Positions 17,469 through 27,845 of a stretch of DNA of 44,171 nt are shown here, piece after piece (within the stretch, counting starts at the first letter, position 1; each line of letters starts with the position of its first letter). Source of the DNA: an uncultured Actinomycetes bacterium. Its GTDB lineage: Bacteria; Actinomycetota; UBA4738; HRBIN12. Under the pieces are notes generated by a model. That model saw nothing but the letters and a program-made list of their open reading frames with translations, was not told where the DNA came from and ran no database searches. The DNA lies in the NCBI GenBank assembly GCA_963704885.1, contig CAVPIB010000016.1:1-44171 (forward strand). Reading direction: 5' to 3'. Made by a program: the position numbers and the translations under genes.

Positions 17469-19326
17469 CTAACCAGGGGTCAGATCTAGGATCATGTCGT
17501 CGAAGTTGACCGCGATGGTTCGAGCATCAGGCGTGCCGATCGTCACACGACCCACCGGGACCGTGCCCGTGTTCGCCGTCCACGGTCCTAGGATCAAGCC
17601 GCCGTCCCGATAGAGCGTCCATGAGCCGCTCTCGCCGACCGTTCCACAGAGCTCGATCGTCGTCCACGTTCCCGTTTGCAGGGTGACGCCCGTCGAGACC
17701 TGAACGCCGGCGACGTCTGATCGGACGGACAGGACACGACCAGATGTGATGAGCGTCCGGATGATCGGAGCGTCGGCCGCCGTTCGAAGACGCAGTAGGC
17801 TGGCGCCGCCGATCGTCGACGTGAGGTTGACTCGCTGAGACGCACAGATCGACGCATAGTCGTTTCCCAGGAGTTTCGATGCCCACGCCCGGGAGGCGCT
17901 CGTCTCGGCCCGCACCGAGGGAACGGCAGGAGACCCGGATGCCGGGTCGATCGTGAGACCCGAAACGCTCGTCCAGTTCGAGAATCCATCGTCGAAGCCG
18001 TCGGCGAAGATCGACGTCTGTGCTTCCACGATGACGGGATCGGATGCCTGACTGCGGGCGCTCGTGTTCGGCCCGTCGCTCGCGGCCACCTCGTACACGT
18101 GGCCCGTCCCGCCCGCGAGGCCAGAGTCGGTGAACGAGACGGTGCCCGTTGAAGCGCTCGCCACGCTCCCCACCGGAGTCAGCCCTCCGTCTCGGTAGAT
18201 CCGGTATGTGAGCGTCGTCGCGAGGTCATCGGTCGAGGCCGACCAGGTCAGACTGACCGTCCCAGGTGCGTCGCTCAGTCCGGTCGGCTGGCCGGGGATC
18301 GACGGCGGGGTCGTGTCGGTCGGGCCGCCGTCGAACCGTCCGTAGAAGGGATCGCTTCCCATCGCCGCGAGTGCACCTGCCGAGCTGACGCTCGAGTTGA
18401 TCCAGAAGTTGCAGGTGGGCTTCTGGCTTCTGTCGTAGTAGAGCAAGGTCGTGAACTGTTCCCATCCAGGCTGCTGGAAGACGGCTTGAGCTTCGTTGAT
18501 CCAGTTGGCCTTCCGGCCCGGGATGAGGGGATCCTCATGGGACGCCCACTCCATGATGATGAGCGACTTGTCAGGATGGGCGAGGGCCCCAATCCCTCAG
18601 ATGAGCGGCGATCCACTCGAGCGTACGCCACGGGTTGTTGACGCCGGGCCGGCAGTTGTACCAGTTGTAGGCATCCTCCCCGACCGCGTCGACATAGGCA
18701 TCGCCTGGGTACCAGAGGTCCGCCGCCCGGCCGTCGGTCACCCAGAACGCGTACGAGGTCATCACAAAGACGTAGGTGGCGTTCGTCACGCCTTGATCTC
18801 GGAAGACCGAGATCACCTTCCTCCACGCATCGATGAAGTCCGTCGCGGTGCCGTTAGCATCGCTGGCCGCAGCCTCGGGCTCGTGGTTGAAGGTGAAGTA
18901 CAGTGGCGCGCCGTAGGCCTTGAGGCTGTCGGCCCAACCCACGATCTCGTTGTGGATCGTCGAACCGGGCTGGGCGTTGGCGATGCTCCGCCAGAGGATG
19001 ACGCTGCCGTTCGCACGCTTTGCCCTTACCGACAGGAACTCGGCGTGTCCGGTATCGCGTAGCCAGATGTCGTAGGAGCTCGGGAACGGCTCATCCCAAA
19101 CATCGAACACGCGAACCCCTGCCAGCGGGCGTCCCAACTGCGACTCGAGCGCCAGAACGGCCGCTTGCCGATCCTGACTGGCTCCGTCTGGGTACGCGCC
19201 GAAGAGGATCCTCGGTGAGGTCGTATCGGCGGTGGCCGTGTGCGAACCTGCCGCGACGGCCGTCGATGCGACGAGGAGACTCACGATCAGCAACACGATC
19301 CTCGATCGTCGTCGCGTCATCTTCAT
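17469..19326 (-). pseudogene. Secreted GH26-like + FN3 + conserved C-terminal domain protein, split by a +1 frameshift near 18585
   Basis: The N part has a signal peptide, FNHEPE and WYPGDAYVD..GEDAYNW; deleting one base in GGCCCTC gives WGLAHPDKSLIIMEW and joins ORF 17469-18554. Could be a sequencing error. Confidence 0.8.
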
Positions 19327-19453
19327 CGGGCCCCTGAGACAACGCAGCAACGCCAACGGGACAGCCGTCGTCGGACCGGGTCGCGTCTTCGAACCCAAAG
19401 CCCCTCCCCCAAAGGCCGAAACACCTAACCATGTCACGGACGGCCTCCGCTGG

Positions 19454-21076
19454 CTACCTGCTGTCGGGGGAGATCGACCGCGGAGTAGCCTCGCGACGCC
19501 TACCCCGGAATGGCCACTCGAACGCCGACAGGTGAAGCGCCCCTCGGAAACGCCAGAGCAGCGCAAGATACAGAGGTGTGACCAGCACGGCTAGCGGTAC
19601 TAGAGCCACGAGGCGTGGCCCGAGGACCCAGCGGATGATCAGCCCGAGGACCCCGTAGCACGCGATGGCGCACGTCGCGGGGATGAGCCACGCTAGGCCG
19701 AACGGGTGCAGATGAAGGACGCGGCCTACCTGGACCAGCGGGAGAAGGTTGTTCACCAGGATGCTTGCCCCCCAAGCAATCGCGGCACCTTCGATCCCAA
19801 GAGGCGGGATCAGCATCAGATTGAGAACCACGTTCGTGACGACGGCCACGATGGTGTTGAACAGGTTCCATGAGCTCTTGCCGGCCATCAAGAGGACCAC
19901 GTCGACGGGACCTACGCCCGTCGCGATCAGCATGGCGCACCCGAGGATGACCAGAACCGTCGCCGCCTGCTGATACCCGGGTCCGAAGACGGACAGGAGC
20001 GCTGGGGCCAGGACGATCATGGTCAGGTACAGGGGCCAAGCCAGCGCCATCAGCCACCAGGTCGCCGTGGCGAAGACAGATCGCGCCCGTTCCCGGTCGT
20101 CCACAGCAAGGACCTCGCTCAGCTTGGGACCGACGACTTGGATGATCGCGACCCCGATGAACTGGCCGAACGCCAGATAGCGGGTCGCGGCCGCATACAC
20201 ACCTGCTTCAGCCGGAGAACGGAGTGCGCCGATCAGCAGCGTGTCGAGCCAGAGGATCACGACCGCGAACATGCTGGCCAACCCACGCGGTGCCGTGAAG
20301 CGCCAGAACTCCCGGAAGATCGCGCTTCGGCTGACCGCCGACTCGCTATCGCCCCTCGACCGAGCCACAGCCTTCGCGAGGTATGCGATCCAGATGAGTG
20401 CGGCCACCAGCCCGAAGGCGAGTGGGCTTGCCCATGCGATCGCCAAGGCGGTGCTGGAAGCACCCGCCGCGATGACGATGAAGGCGAGGAGCGGTTGCGC
20501 GGCCGCCCTGCCCAACTTGTCGATCGCGGTTGACGGCAGCATGGTGCCGAACCCACGAGTGACGGCGAGGGCAACCGTATACGCCGCAGAGACCGGCAGG
20601 AACGGCGCCAAGACTCGGATCAACTGCGTGAGTTCGTCCCCGTTCGTGCCGTTCGTGAACAATCGCCCGAGAGGGCCGGCCAGGAGGAACAACGCGGCTC
20701 CGAACAAGATCCCAGCGACCACGACCGGGGCGAGCGCGGCGCTGATGCTGTGACGCACGTCGGCGCCGCGTCCGAGCGCTCGGTACCTGGGGATCGATCT
20801 CACAACGCCTACGTCTGCCCCCCATTGAGAGGCAGTCGCGAGGATGTTGAACACTGCGATGGCCTCGAAGAAGAGCCCCGTGGCCGTTCCACCGAGTCCC
20901 CGCGTGACGATCACGACCATCACGAAGTTGAAGACGGTGTTAACCATCACGCCGAGGAGGTTGAGCATGCCACCCCGAGCGACCGAAGCGAGATCGGCCT
21001 GGGCGATGCGATCGCGACCCGCGGCGTCAGCGATGTCCATAGATCCGGCACGGGTCGCCGACGGATCGGGCGTCAT
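19454..21076 (-). CDS. Wzx-type oligosaccharide flippase
   Basis: Many hydrophobic segments, DTLLIG...AGVYAAATR, NLMLIPPLGIEGAAIA; ATGA overlap at 21076. Confidence 0.88.
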   Translation of the reverse strand: MTPDPSATRAGSMDIADAAGRDRIAQADLASVARGGMLNLLGVMVNTVFNFVMVVIVTRGLGGTATGLFFEAIAVFNILATASQWGADVGVVRSIPRYRALGRGADVRHSISAALAPVVVAGILFGAALFLLAGPLGRLFTNGTNGDELTQLIRVLAPFLPVSAAYTVALAVTRGFGTMLPSTAIDKLGRAAAQPLLAFIVIAAGASSTALAIAWASPLAFGLVAALIWIAYLAKAVARSRGDSESAVSRSAIFREFWRFTAPRGLASMFAVVILWLDTLLIGALRSPAEAGVYAAATRYLAFGQFIGVAIIQVVGPKLSEVLAVDDRERARSVFATATWWLMALAWPLYLTMIVLAPALLSVFGPGYQQAATVLVILGCAMLIATGVGPVDVVLLMAGKSSWNLFNTIVAVVTNVVLNLMLIPPLGIEGAAIAWGASILVNNLLPLVQVGRVLHLHPFGLAWLIPATCAIACYGVLGLIIRWVLGPRLVALVPLAVLVTPLYLALLWRFRGALHLSAFEWPFRGRRREATPRSISPDSR

Positions 21077-21951
21077 GGGGCAGCCACGTCCCACGGCAGT
21101 TCTCGCCCGAGATAGTCGAACAGCGCGCGGTTCGGCTCCCGGAACCGGGCTCGGAGGAAGCCGATCGCTCGCGACGACATGCTCTCGTAGGAGTGCGCGT
21201 TCATCTTCTGGTACACAGGGAGCGATCGCTCGGCGAGTCCAAGGAATCGGAGCACTTCACGGTAGGAAGCATCAGCGTTGGAGAAGAAATCGCTACTGTC
21301 CAGGATCATCAGCTGCTCGCGTGGGAACAGGCCGCGCCACCGCCGGATCTGCGCGAGGTACAAACCCCTCGACACGTATGAATAGTGCTGATGCTCGTAG
21401 CTGTAATAGGAGGGGTCGGCGATCATCCGCTCCTCCTGCCCGGCCAGACGTTCTTCCTCCTGCTCCAGCGCATCCTCGAAGGAGAGCCCCTCGAAACCTC
21501 GTGCGACTTCGTGCTGGTAATGCGAGTAAGCGCGCGAGGCTGGGTCCCGGAGCATAAGGATGAACCGCCCGTTCGGTAGCAGCTCGGCTATCCGTGCCGG
21601 AGCCAGCGGGTGGAAGACGTAGTAGGGGCTGCCCTCTCCGGTGACGACCCGCCCACCACCTTGACGTCGGCGGCGAAGCGACTTCGCCGCCGACGTCGGG
21701 AAGTGGGACCTGTACCACCTCGGACCCCTCTGATAGTTCGTGTCGAAGTAGTGGATCCCCTTGTTCAGCACCGCCGGCAAGACGGAAGGGTGCTGCTGCA
21801 AGTACCGATACAGAGACGTCGTCCCTCCTCTTTGGGTGCCGATGATCAGGAAGTCCGGCAACGCTCGCAGCGAGGAGGTGGGCACCGTGTAGAGCCGTGA
21901 GGCGTTCTTGACTGCTCGTCGGGCATACGCCCGCGCGGTTCCGTCACTCAC
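21073..21951 (-). CDS. PAPS-dependent sulfotransferase (heparan-sulfate sulfotransferase-like bacterial family)
   Basis: 5'-PSB loop PDFLIIGTQRGGTTSLY, 3'-PB LRDPASRAYSHY, SRGLY. Confidence 0.92.
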   Translation of the reverse strand: MSDGTARAYARRAVKNASRLYTVPTSSLRALPDFLIIGTQRGGTTSLYRYLQQHPSVLPAVLNKGIHYFDTNYQRGPRWYRSHFPTSAAKSLRRRRQGGGRVVTGEGSPYYVFHPLAPARIAELLPNGRFILMLRDPASRAYSHYQHEVARGFEGLSFEDALEQEEERLAGQEERMIADPSYYSYEHQHYSYVSRGLYLAQIRRWRGLFPREQLMILDSSDFFSNADASYREVLRFLGLAERSLPVYQKMNAHSYESMSSRAIGFLRARFREPNRALFDYLGRELPWDVAAP

Positions 21952-23200
21952 GAAGACCTCTGCTCCAGCTCGCGGAGGATCCCCGCCGACAGGTCGCTGT
22001 GGACAGGCACTCCCGAGGCCCGACCCTCTTCGATGCGTAGCAGCCGCTCGATCAGGAACAGATGCAGAAGGGTTCGTCGCGACCTCGTGGCGACACCGAG
22101 CTGATCAAGCGTATCCAGCGACCGGGTCAACGCCGCGCGGCTCGCTGCGGGGACGTCGAGGCCCTCCTTGTGGAACCCAACCTCGAACCAGAAGTGGAGC
22201 GCATCGAAGCCCATCGGAACGAAGTGTTCGCTCCGCTCCCAATCCCATACGAAAAGCCTCCCGTCCGAGTAGCTCATGTTCCAGGGCGTCCAGTCACCGT
22301 GACAGCAACCGAACGTAAGCTCTTCATGTCCGTGCGACTCCTCGAGTTGCGTCAGCACCGCTCGAAGGGGTCGACCCGTCACGTCCGGCATGTCGATCCT
22401 GTCGATCCGTTCTTTCTGGCGTGACCAGTAACGACTCGGACACAGAGGCGCGTGCACGAGCCCACCGAGACTCGCCACTTCGCGGATGATCTCCGCCGGG
22501 GGGAGCTCGTTCCTTCTACCGCGTCGGAGGACGCGATGTGGATTCGGGGAGAGCACCGTGATCGCGCACCCGTTCCATTCGCCCTCATGTATCAGCTCAG
22601 GAACCTTGAAATGTCGCGGGGGCATCGATCCCCACTCGCACAGCGCGCGTGCTTCATTCTGGACCAGCCCCCTCGTCAGATCGTTCCACCCGATCTTCGC
22701 GTACGCGAGGACACGGCCCTTCTGATCCATGACCTGGAGGACGGGCTTGAGATTCGGTCGGAGTTGCCGTCCGATGGATATGGCAACCTCGATCCGGGAC
22801 TGACCGAGGATCTTCGGCAGGACGGAACCGACCAGGTCTAGCATCTCGGTGCTCGGTCCCGATCGAGAGACCGTCAACCTATCTCTGGCGATGAGCCCAC
22901 CTCCGCCGCTTCGGATCCCCACCCCGACGAGTGCCTTCCTGAGACGTGCCACCTGTGACATGGAGTCATTGAACTGACGAAGCGCCGAGGAACCTGGTCG
23001 ACCCGACGCCGGGGCGAGAAGCGTCGGGTTGGCTGCGGAAGGCACGAGAGCCCACACTCGGTCGTCGCCTCCCGGTCGGCCCCCCCGCGAGAGAACGTGA
23101 CCTGGAACCCAGAGATCTCGGGCCACAACATGTCGCTGAGCCAAACCATCGTCGGGGAGACATCTACGAGTCGCCCGTTAGATGCGATCGGCGCGCTCAA
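21948..23200 (-). CDS. APH/choline-kinase-like phosphotransferase, probably frameshifted in a G7 run at 23080-23086
   Basis: AYAKIG, HGDWTPWN, VWDWE. TTG 23200 overlaps the upstream stop (TTGA) and joins the main ORF if G7 is read as G6. Confidence 0.72.
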
Positions 23201-23417
23201 TCAGCCATCTCCGGCATGACCGGAACGGGAGCGCCACCGATTCGCGCCATGACGCTGTGCAGCCGGATCGGCAGCAGGTCGCGGACCAAGAGCTGGACGG
23301 AGGTGATCGAGATCATTCCGTCACCGGTCCCCGCACCCAGCACCCAACTGAAGTGTCGAGATCCGGCCGGGCGGCTCCGGACCCGCGGACCCAGCCCCGT
23401 GCCTCGGCAGGTGGCAT
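23197..23417 (-). CDS. Possible small hypothetical protein (~73 aa, apparently frameshifted)
   Basis: ATG 23417 overlaps the GT2 stop and TGA 23197 overlaps the next start, but they are in different frames (221 nt). Confidence 0.35.
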
Positions 23418-24376
23418 CAGATCCCCCGTCCGAACCGGTGGACGACGCGCTGCGCACGTTCGGCCGAGATCAGCCGCAGGCTCACGACGAGGGCGACATA
23501 GGCTCGCCGCTCACGCCAGTTGAGCCGCATGGCCGCCCACGCCTCCGCGCGGGCCGACCGTCGATTTCCCGCCGCCGCGAGTGCGAAGGCCCGCCTCCCC
23601 TTGAGCCTGGCGAGCCCACGCGGCTCCTCGCAGAACTCCGGAAAACGATCGAGGAGGTAGGTGATGGACTGAACGATCGTAGTCCACCGATCGGCGAAGA
23701 ACGACGACCGATGCCAGTACACGCGAACCAACGGCTGACGCACGGCAACGAGCGCGCCAAGCTTCGTCGCACGAAGCAGCCATTCGTAGTCCTCGCCATA
23801 GCTACCGGGGATGTCCTCGTCGACCAGGCCGATCGAGTTGATAACGACATCCCGTCGTGCGAGGAGCGACGACGGATGGATCTCCTGGTTCCTCGAGCGC
23901 AGGACCTGGCGGAACGTCAGGCGCTCCGTAGCGGGGATCCGCGACGTCACCCTCCCGTCGTAGATCACGTCGATCCCCGTAGCTACTAGTAGGGCGGCCG
24001 GCTCCCGCCGCAAGAGTTCGACCTGTAGTCGGAGCTTGTCGGGCAGCCACTCGTCATCGTCGTCGCAGAACGCGATCAGATCGGACGAAGAGGCCAGGAT
24101 CCCCGTATTGCGCGCCCCGGCGAGACCCGGCGACCTGTCGTTCGAGAGCAGCGTGACGCTACGACCGGGAGCGATCTCTAATCCAGGGTCGACCGGTACC
24201 TCCTGGTCGAAGACCACTTTGCACTCCACCGACCCCCCGTACCGCTGATCCAGGATCGCCCGAAGCGCGCGTCGGAGTAGCTCAGGTCGCTGACGGGTCG
24301 GCACGATAACGGACACGGAAGGCCACGTGTCTGTTCGTTCGACCTCGGATCGGTACCGCGTCTCTGCCGACGTCAC
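23417..24376 (-). CDS. Glycosyltransferase family 2
   Basis: VSVIVPT, GLAGARNTG, AFCDDDDEW, GEDYEW; SD AGGAGG and GTGA overlap at 24376. Confidence 0.92.
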   Translation of the reverse strand: MTSAETRYRSEVERTDTWPSVSVIVPTRQRPELLRRALRAILDQRYGGSVECKVVFDQEVPVDPGLEIAPGRSVTLLSNDRSPGLAGARNTGILASSSDLIAFCDDDDEWLPDKLRLQVELLRREPAALLVATGIDVIYDGRVTSRIPATERLTFRQVLRSRNQEIHPSSLLARRDVVINSIGLVDEDIPGSYGEDYEWLLRATKLGALVAVRQPLVRVYWHRSSFFADRWTTIVQSITYLLDRFPEFCEEPRGLARLKGRRAFALAAAGNRRSARAEAWAAMRLNWRERRAYVALVVSLRLISAERAQRVVHRFGRGI

Positions 24377-25329
24377 ACGGTCCTCCTGACCAGGTAGCCG
24401 TATCTGATGAGGAGCGGCCACGTGAGGGCGGTCGTCAAGCGTCGGCCGCCCGCAGCGAGTTCGCCTCGCCATGCGTCGTCAACCTTCAGCGCGAACGAAC
24501 CGTGCGTGAACCGCATCGGGTTCCCCGACACGGTGTGATCGACCGCCAGCGTCACGGTGTCCCCGGAGAGGAACCCGAGGTCACCCCGCTGCATCCTCAG
24601 TCCTTCGAGCTTCACGATCCGCTCCAGCTCCGGGCGGGGGTCGCTGACGAGGTTCTCGTAGCGAACCAGGACGCTCGGCACTCCCGTGGATCTCAGGACG
24701 TGGAACGCGAGATTGAAGGCGAGCCACTCGAGACCTGACCGCGCCGGAGTTGACCGATACATCAGTGAGGGTGCGTCCGCGGCTTCAGGGCGCCGGATCC
24801 TCTTGAGGAGTGAGTAAGCGACGCCCCGGGCGTCGCGCACGAGATGCACGATACGCAGCTCGACGGAGGGTACCTGCCGAAGGAGGAACGCCGTGGAGGG
24901 GTGCTTGGATGAATCCACGACCGTGGCGCCTTCCGCGACCTCACCGATCGCCCGATAGAGACGTTCGAGCATCCCCGTGTACGTGTGGAGCCTCCTTCGG
25001 AAGCGTGGGGACAACCAAGGTGCGATCATCAGAGGGATGTAGCGGTTCCGATCGACCGTGCGCTGCAGGCGGACGATCGCTTGAGCGTCGAGAGACTTCC
25101 ACCCCCCGAAGGCACGCTTCCCAACCGCGGCCCAGAACGGACAGTCGTGGAAAGCCCGACCGCACCCACAGAGCTCGTTGTCACGGAGGCCACGGCTCCA
25201 GAGGTGGACGACCTCACCGGCCGAGACGTGCCCCGGAACCTGGCTGAGTATCCGATCCAACAGGGTGCTTCCACTCCGCTGGCAGCCGCCGATGTAGACG
25301 GTGGAGACAGCGGGGAGTGTTCGGTTCAC
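24373..25329 (-). CDS. PAPS-dependent sulfotransferase (Sulfotransfer_3-like)
   Basis: YIGGCQRSGSTLL, VDSSKH, HLVRDARGVAYS, VRYENLV. Confidence 0.92.
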   Translation of the reverse strand: MNRTLPAVSTVYIGGCQRSGSTLLDRILSQVPGHVSAGEVVHLWSRGLRDNELCGCGRAFHDCPFWAAVGKRAFGGWKSLDAQAIVRLQRTVDRNRYIPLMIAPWLSPRFRRRLHTYTGMLERLYRAIGEVAEGATVVDSSKHPSTAFLLRQVPSVELRIVHLVRDARGVAYSLLKRIRRPEAADAPSLMYRSTPARSGLEWLAFNLAFHVLRSTGVPSVLVRYENLVSDPRPELERIVKLEGLRMQRGDLGFLSGDTVTLAVDHTVSGNPMRFTHGSFALKVDDAWRGELAAGGRRLTTALTWPLLIRYGYLVRRTV

Positions 25330-25566
25330 GCTAGTCCTTTTTCGTTCAGGCCGTAGACGGGATCGACCGGGCGCCCTGATCCACCCATGCGACCTTCTCG
25401 CCAGCCAGTCTACGTTCTTCGGTTCCGGTGGGAATCATGCGAACGATGGCTTCATCCCCTGTCGGCCTACGATCTTCTACACCGACCGGCCGCCGACCAT
25501 CGGCGTAGTTCCCCTGCTCAAGCCCTCGTCCCCATCAGACGATGGGATGGCTACACGGTGCATCGT

Positions 25567-27375
25567 ATGATGGCTCTCCAACATCCCTCCTTAGGAACGA
25601 ACGGGAAGCGTCCAGTGCCAAGTCGAACCCAGCCCAGCCACGGCTCCAGCGATGACGTCGTGGATCTTCGTGAGTACGTGGGCGTCGTCCGCCGCCGCAA
25701 ATGGCTCATCATCGCCTTCACCATCTTCTTCACAGCGCTGGCCGCAGCGTATTCATTCTCGCTCAAACCCCTGTACGCAGCCCGCGCTGTCGTCCTCGTG
25801 CAGCCACCCGACAGCCAGTCGTTCCGGCCGGATCAGCTCGTGAGCCTTGACACGGAGGCGCGGATCGTCGCGTCGGAGCCGATCGCGTTACTCGCCAAAG
25901 AGACACTGAACGTGACGGCAGACGTTACGGCGCTGTTGAAGAAGCTCTCGGTCAAGACCGCACCGGATACGCTGGTCCTCGACATCCTGTTCACGGATGG
26001 CGACCGACAGGACGCGGCGGACGGCGCGAACGCCTTCGCCCAGGCGTACCTCGACTACAAGCGCCAGAGCGCCCTTGATCGCATCGTCGCGCAGCGGACT
26101 GCGATTGAGGAGGAGATCAGCGACCTCAACGACCAGCGTCGTCAGCAGGAGCGGATCCTGTCGCGGGCGGCGCCGGGGAGCCTCGAATACGAAGATGCGC
26201 AGCAGGCGAGGGACACGATCAATAGCCAGATCGCGGTGGCCACGAGCCAGCTAGGCGCCACCGCGATCTACACCGACCCTGGGCGGATCCTCCTTTCGGC
26301 GACCCGTCCCACCACGCCGTCGAGCCCCAAGCACCCCGTCGACCTTGCGATCGGCCTCTTCGTCGGCATGTTCCTCGGGCTGATCGCCGCGTTCGTCCGG
26401 GATCGAACCGACGAACGTATCACCGGACGGACCGACCTCGAGCGGTCGCTAGGCGCACCGGTCCTCGCCGTCATACCCGCCGTCGCCGGGTGGAACAAGC
26501 GGGGTCCGGTATGGCTGGTCACCGAGCAGCAACCTCGAAGCCCCGCAGCTGAGGCTTACCGCACACTGCGCACCGCCGTGCTCGCCGCGAGCCGTGCTCG
26601 CGAGATCAAGGTGATCGCGGTGACGAGCGCCGTCCTCGGCGAGGGCAAGAGCGCGACTAGCGCGAACCTCGCCGCCGCACTTGCGCACGCCGAGAAGCGA
26701 GTGCTCTTGATCTCGGCAGACCTTCGGCGACCAAGCATCCACCACTACTACCAAGAGCCGAACTCACTCGGTCTGAGCGACGTCCTCCTTGGCGATCTCC
26801 CGGTGAATGAGGCAGTGCGTCACATGGGACCCGGCTTGTGGTTGTTGACCAGCGGGCGCTCGACGCCGCACCCGGCAGAGCTGCTCCAGTCGCGCAAGAT
26901 GGTTGAGCTCGTTCGAGAGCAACGCGACCGCTTCGACTTCGTCATCATCGACTGCCCGCCCATCCTGGGGTTGGCGGACACTCTCGCGCTGGCGCCGAAC
27001 GCAGATACGCTCCTGATCGTCGCACGCGACGAGACGTCGAAGAGCGGCGCGATCGCGCACACGCGCGAGCTCATCGATCAGGTCGGCGCAACCGTGATGG
27101 GCGGGATCCTCAACGACGCTTCATTGTCGAAGCGTGGTTCGGACGCCTACGGCTACGGCTACGGCTACGGCTACACGAGCGATGACGAACTCGAGGAGCC
27201 GAAGGAGGCGAACTCCGCGTTCGGACTCACGCTCGCGCGAGGTCGTGAGATGGGCACCGAGGTCGCGGAGCAGGATCCGATGCGTTTGCCTGATCACCCG
27301 CCCGCCAACGGAGCCTCCCGCAGCGATGAGCCGGCACACGCCGAGCCGGGGGGCACCGGCCGTCAGGACCCGTGA
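25567..27375 (+). CDS. Wzc-like polysaccharide co-polymerase / tyrosine autokinase
   Basis: Wzz-like N-terminus with two TM helices, AEAYRTLRT, Walker A GEGKS, ADLRRP, IIDCPP, Tyr cluster YGYGYGYGY (27148-27174). Confidence 0.93.
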   Translation: MMALQHPSLGTNGKRPVPSRTQPSHGSSDDVVDLREYVGVVRRRKWLIIAFTIFFTALAAAYSFSLKPLYAARAVVLVQPPDSQSFRPDQLVSLDTEARIVASEPIALLAKETLNVTADVTALLKKLSVKTAPDTLVLDILFTDGDRQDAADGANAFAQAYLDYKRQSALDRIVAQRTAIEEEISDLNDQRRQQERILSRAAPGSLEYEDAQQARDTINSQIAVATSQLGATAIYTDPGRILLSATRPTTPSSPKHPVDLAIGLFVGMFLGLIAAFVRDRTDERITGRTDLERSLGAPVLAVIPAVAGWNKRGPVWLVTEQQPRSPAAEAYRTLRTAVLAASRAREIKVIAVTSAVLGEGKSATSANLAAALAHAEKRVLLISADLRRPSIHHYYQEPNSLGLSDVLLGDLPVNEAVRHMGPGLWLLTSGRSTPHPAELLQSRKMVELVREQRDRFDFVIIDCPPILGLADTLALAPNADTLLIVARDETSKSGAIAHTRELIDQVGATVMGGILNDASLSKRGSDAYGYGYGYGYTSDDELEEPKEANSAFGLTLARGREMGTEVAEQDPMRLPDHPPANGASRSDEPAHAEPGGTGRQDP

Positions 27376-27845
27376 GCGACCGCGTTCCGCCGACTCCCCG
27401 CGTGCTGCTGGTTTGCTCGTCGGGCGGTCATCTCACCCAGCTGTACAACCTCAGGGGGTGGTGGGATCGGATGGACCGGGTATGGGTGACATTCAACAAG
27501 CCCGACGCCACATCCCTGCTCGCGGGTGAGAGCATCATATGGGCTTACCACCCAACCACCAGGAACCTGCTGAACCTGGTCCGGAACTTCGGCTTGGCGT
27601 GGCGTACTGTCGGCCGGCTGCGCCCCGACATGGTCGTTTCCACGGGTGCCGCCGTCGCATTCCCGTTCTTCCTGATCGCCAAGCTTCGCGGAGCTCGCAC
27701 CGTGTACGTTGAGGTCTTCGACAGGATCGACTCCTCGACCATGACCGGCCGGCTCTGCTACCCGATCAGTGACAGATTCCTCCTCCAATGGGAAGAGCAG
27801 AAGACGATGTATCCGAAGGGCGAGGTCGTGGGACCGCTGTTGTGA
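27372..27845 (+). CDS. PssD/Cps14F (Alg14-like) glycosyltransferase subunit
   Basis: CSSGGHLTQL, RPDMVVSTGAAVA, YVEVFDRI, FLLQWEE. Confidence 0.92.
   Translation: MSDRVPPTPRVLLVCSSGGHLTQLYNLRGWWDRMDRVWVTFNKPDATSLLAGESIIWAYHPTTRNLLNLVRNFGLAWRTVGRLRPDMVVSTGAAVAFPFFLIAKLRGARTVYVEVFDRIDSSTMTGRLCYPISDRFLLQWEEQKTMYPKGEVVGPLL

Noticed and set aside
19394-19422. CCCAAAG direct repeat and a plus-strand CAAA-N15-GCCGAAAC sigma28-like match
   Set aside because: It points antisense into the flippase and the match is weak; chance cannot be excluded.
23197-23457. Small ORF as a RiPP precursor or PqqD protein next to kinase and sulfotransferase
   Set aside because: No lasso cyclase, peptidase or other RiPP enzyme is present; the context is polysaccharide synthesis.
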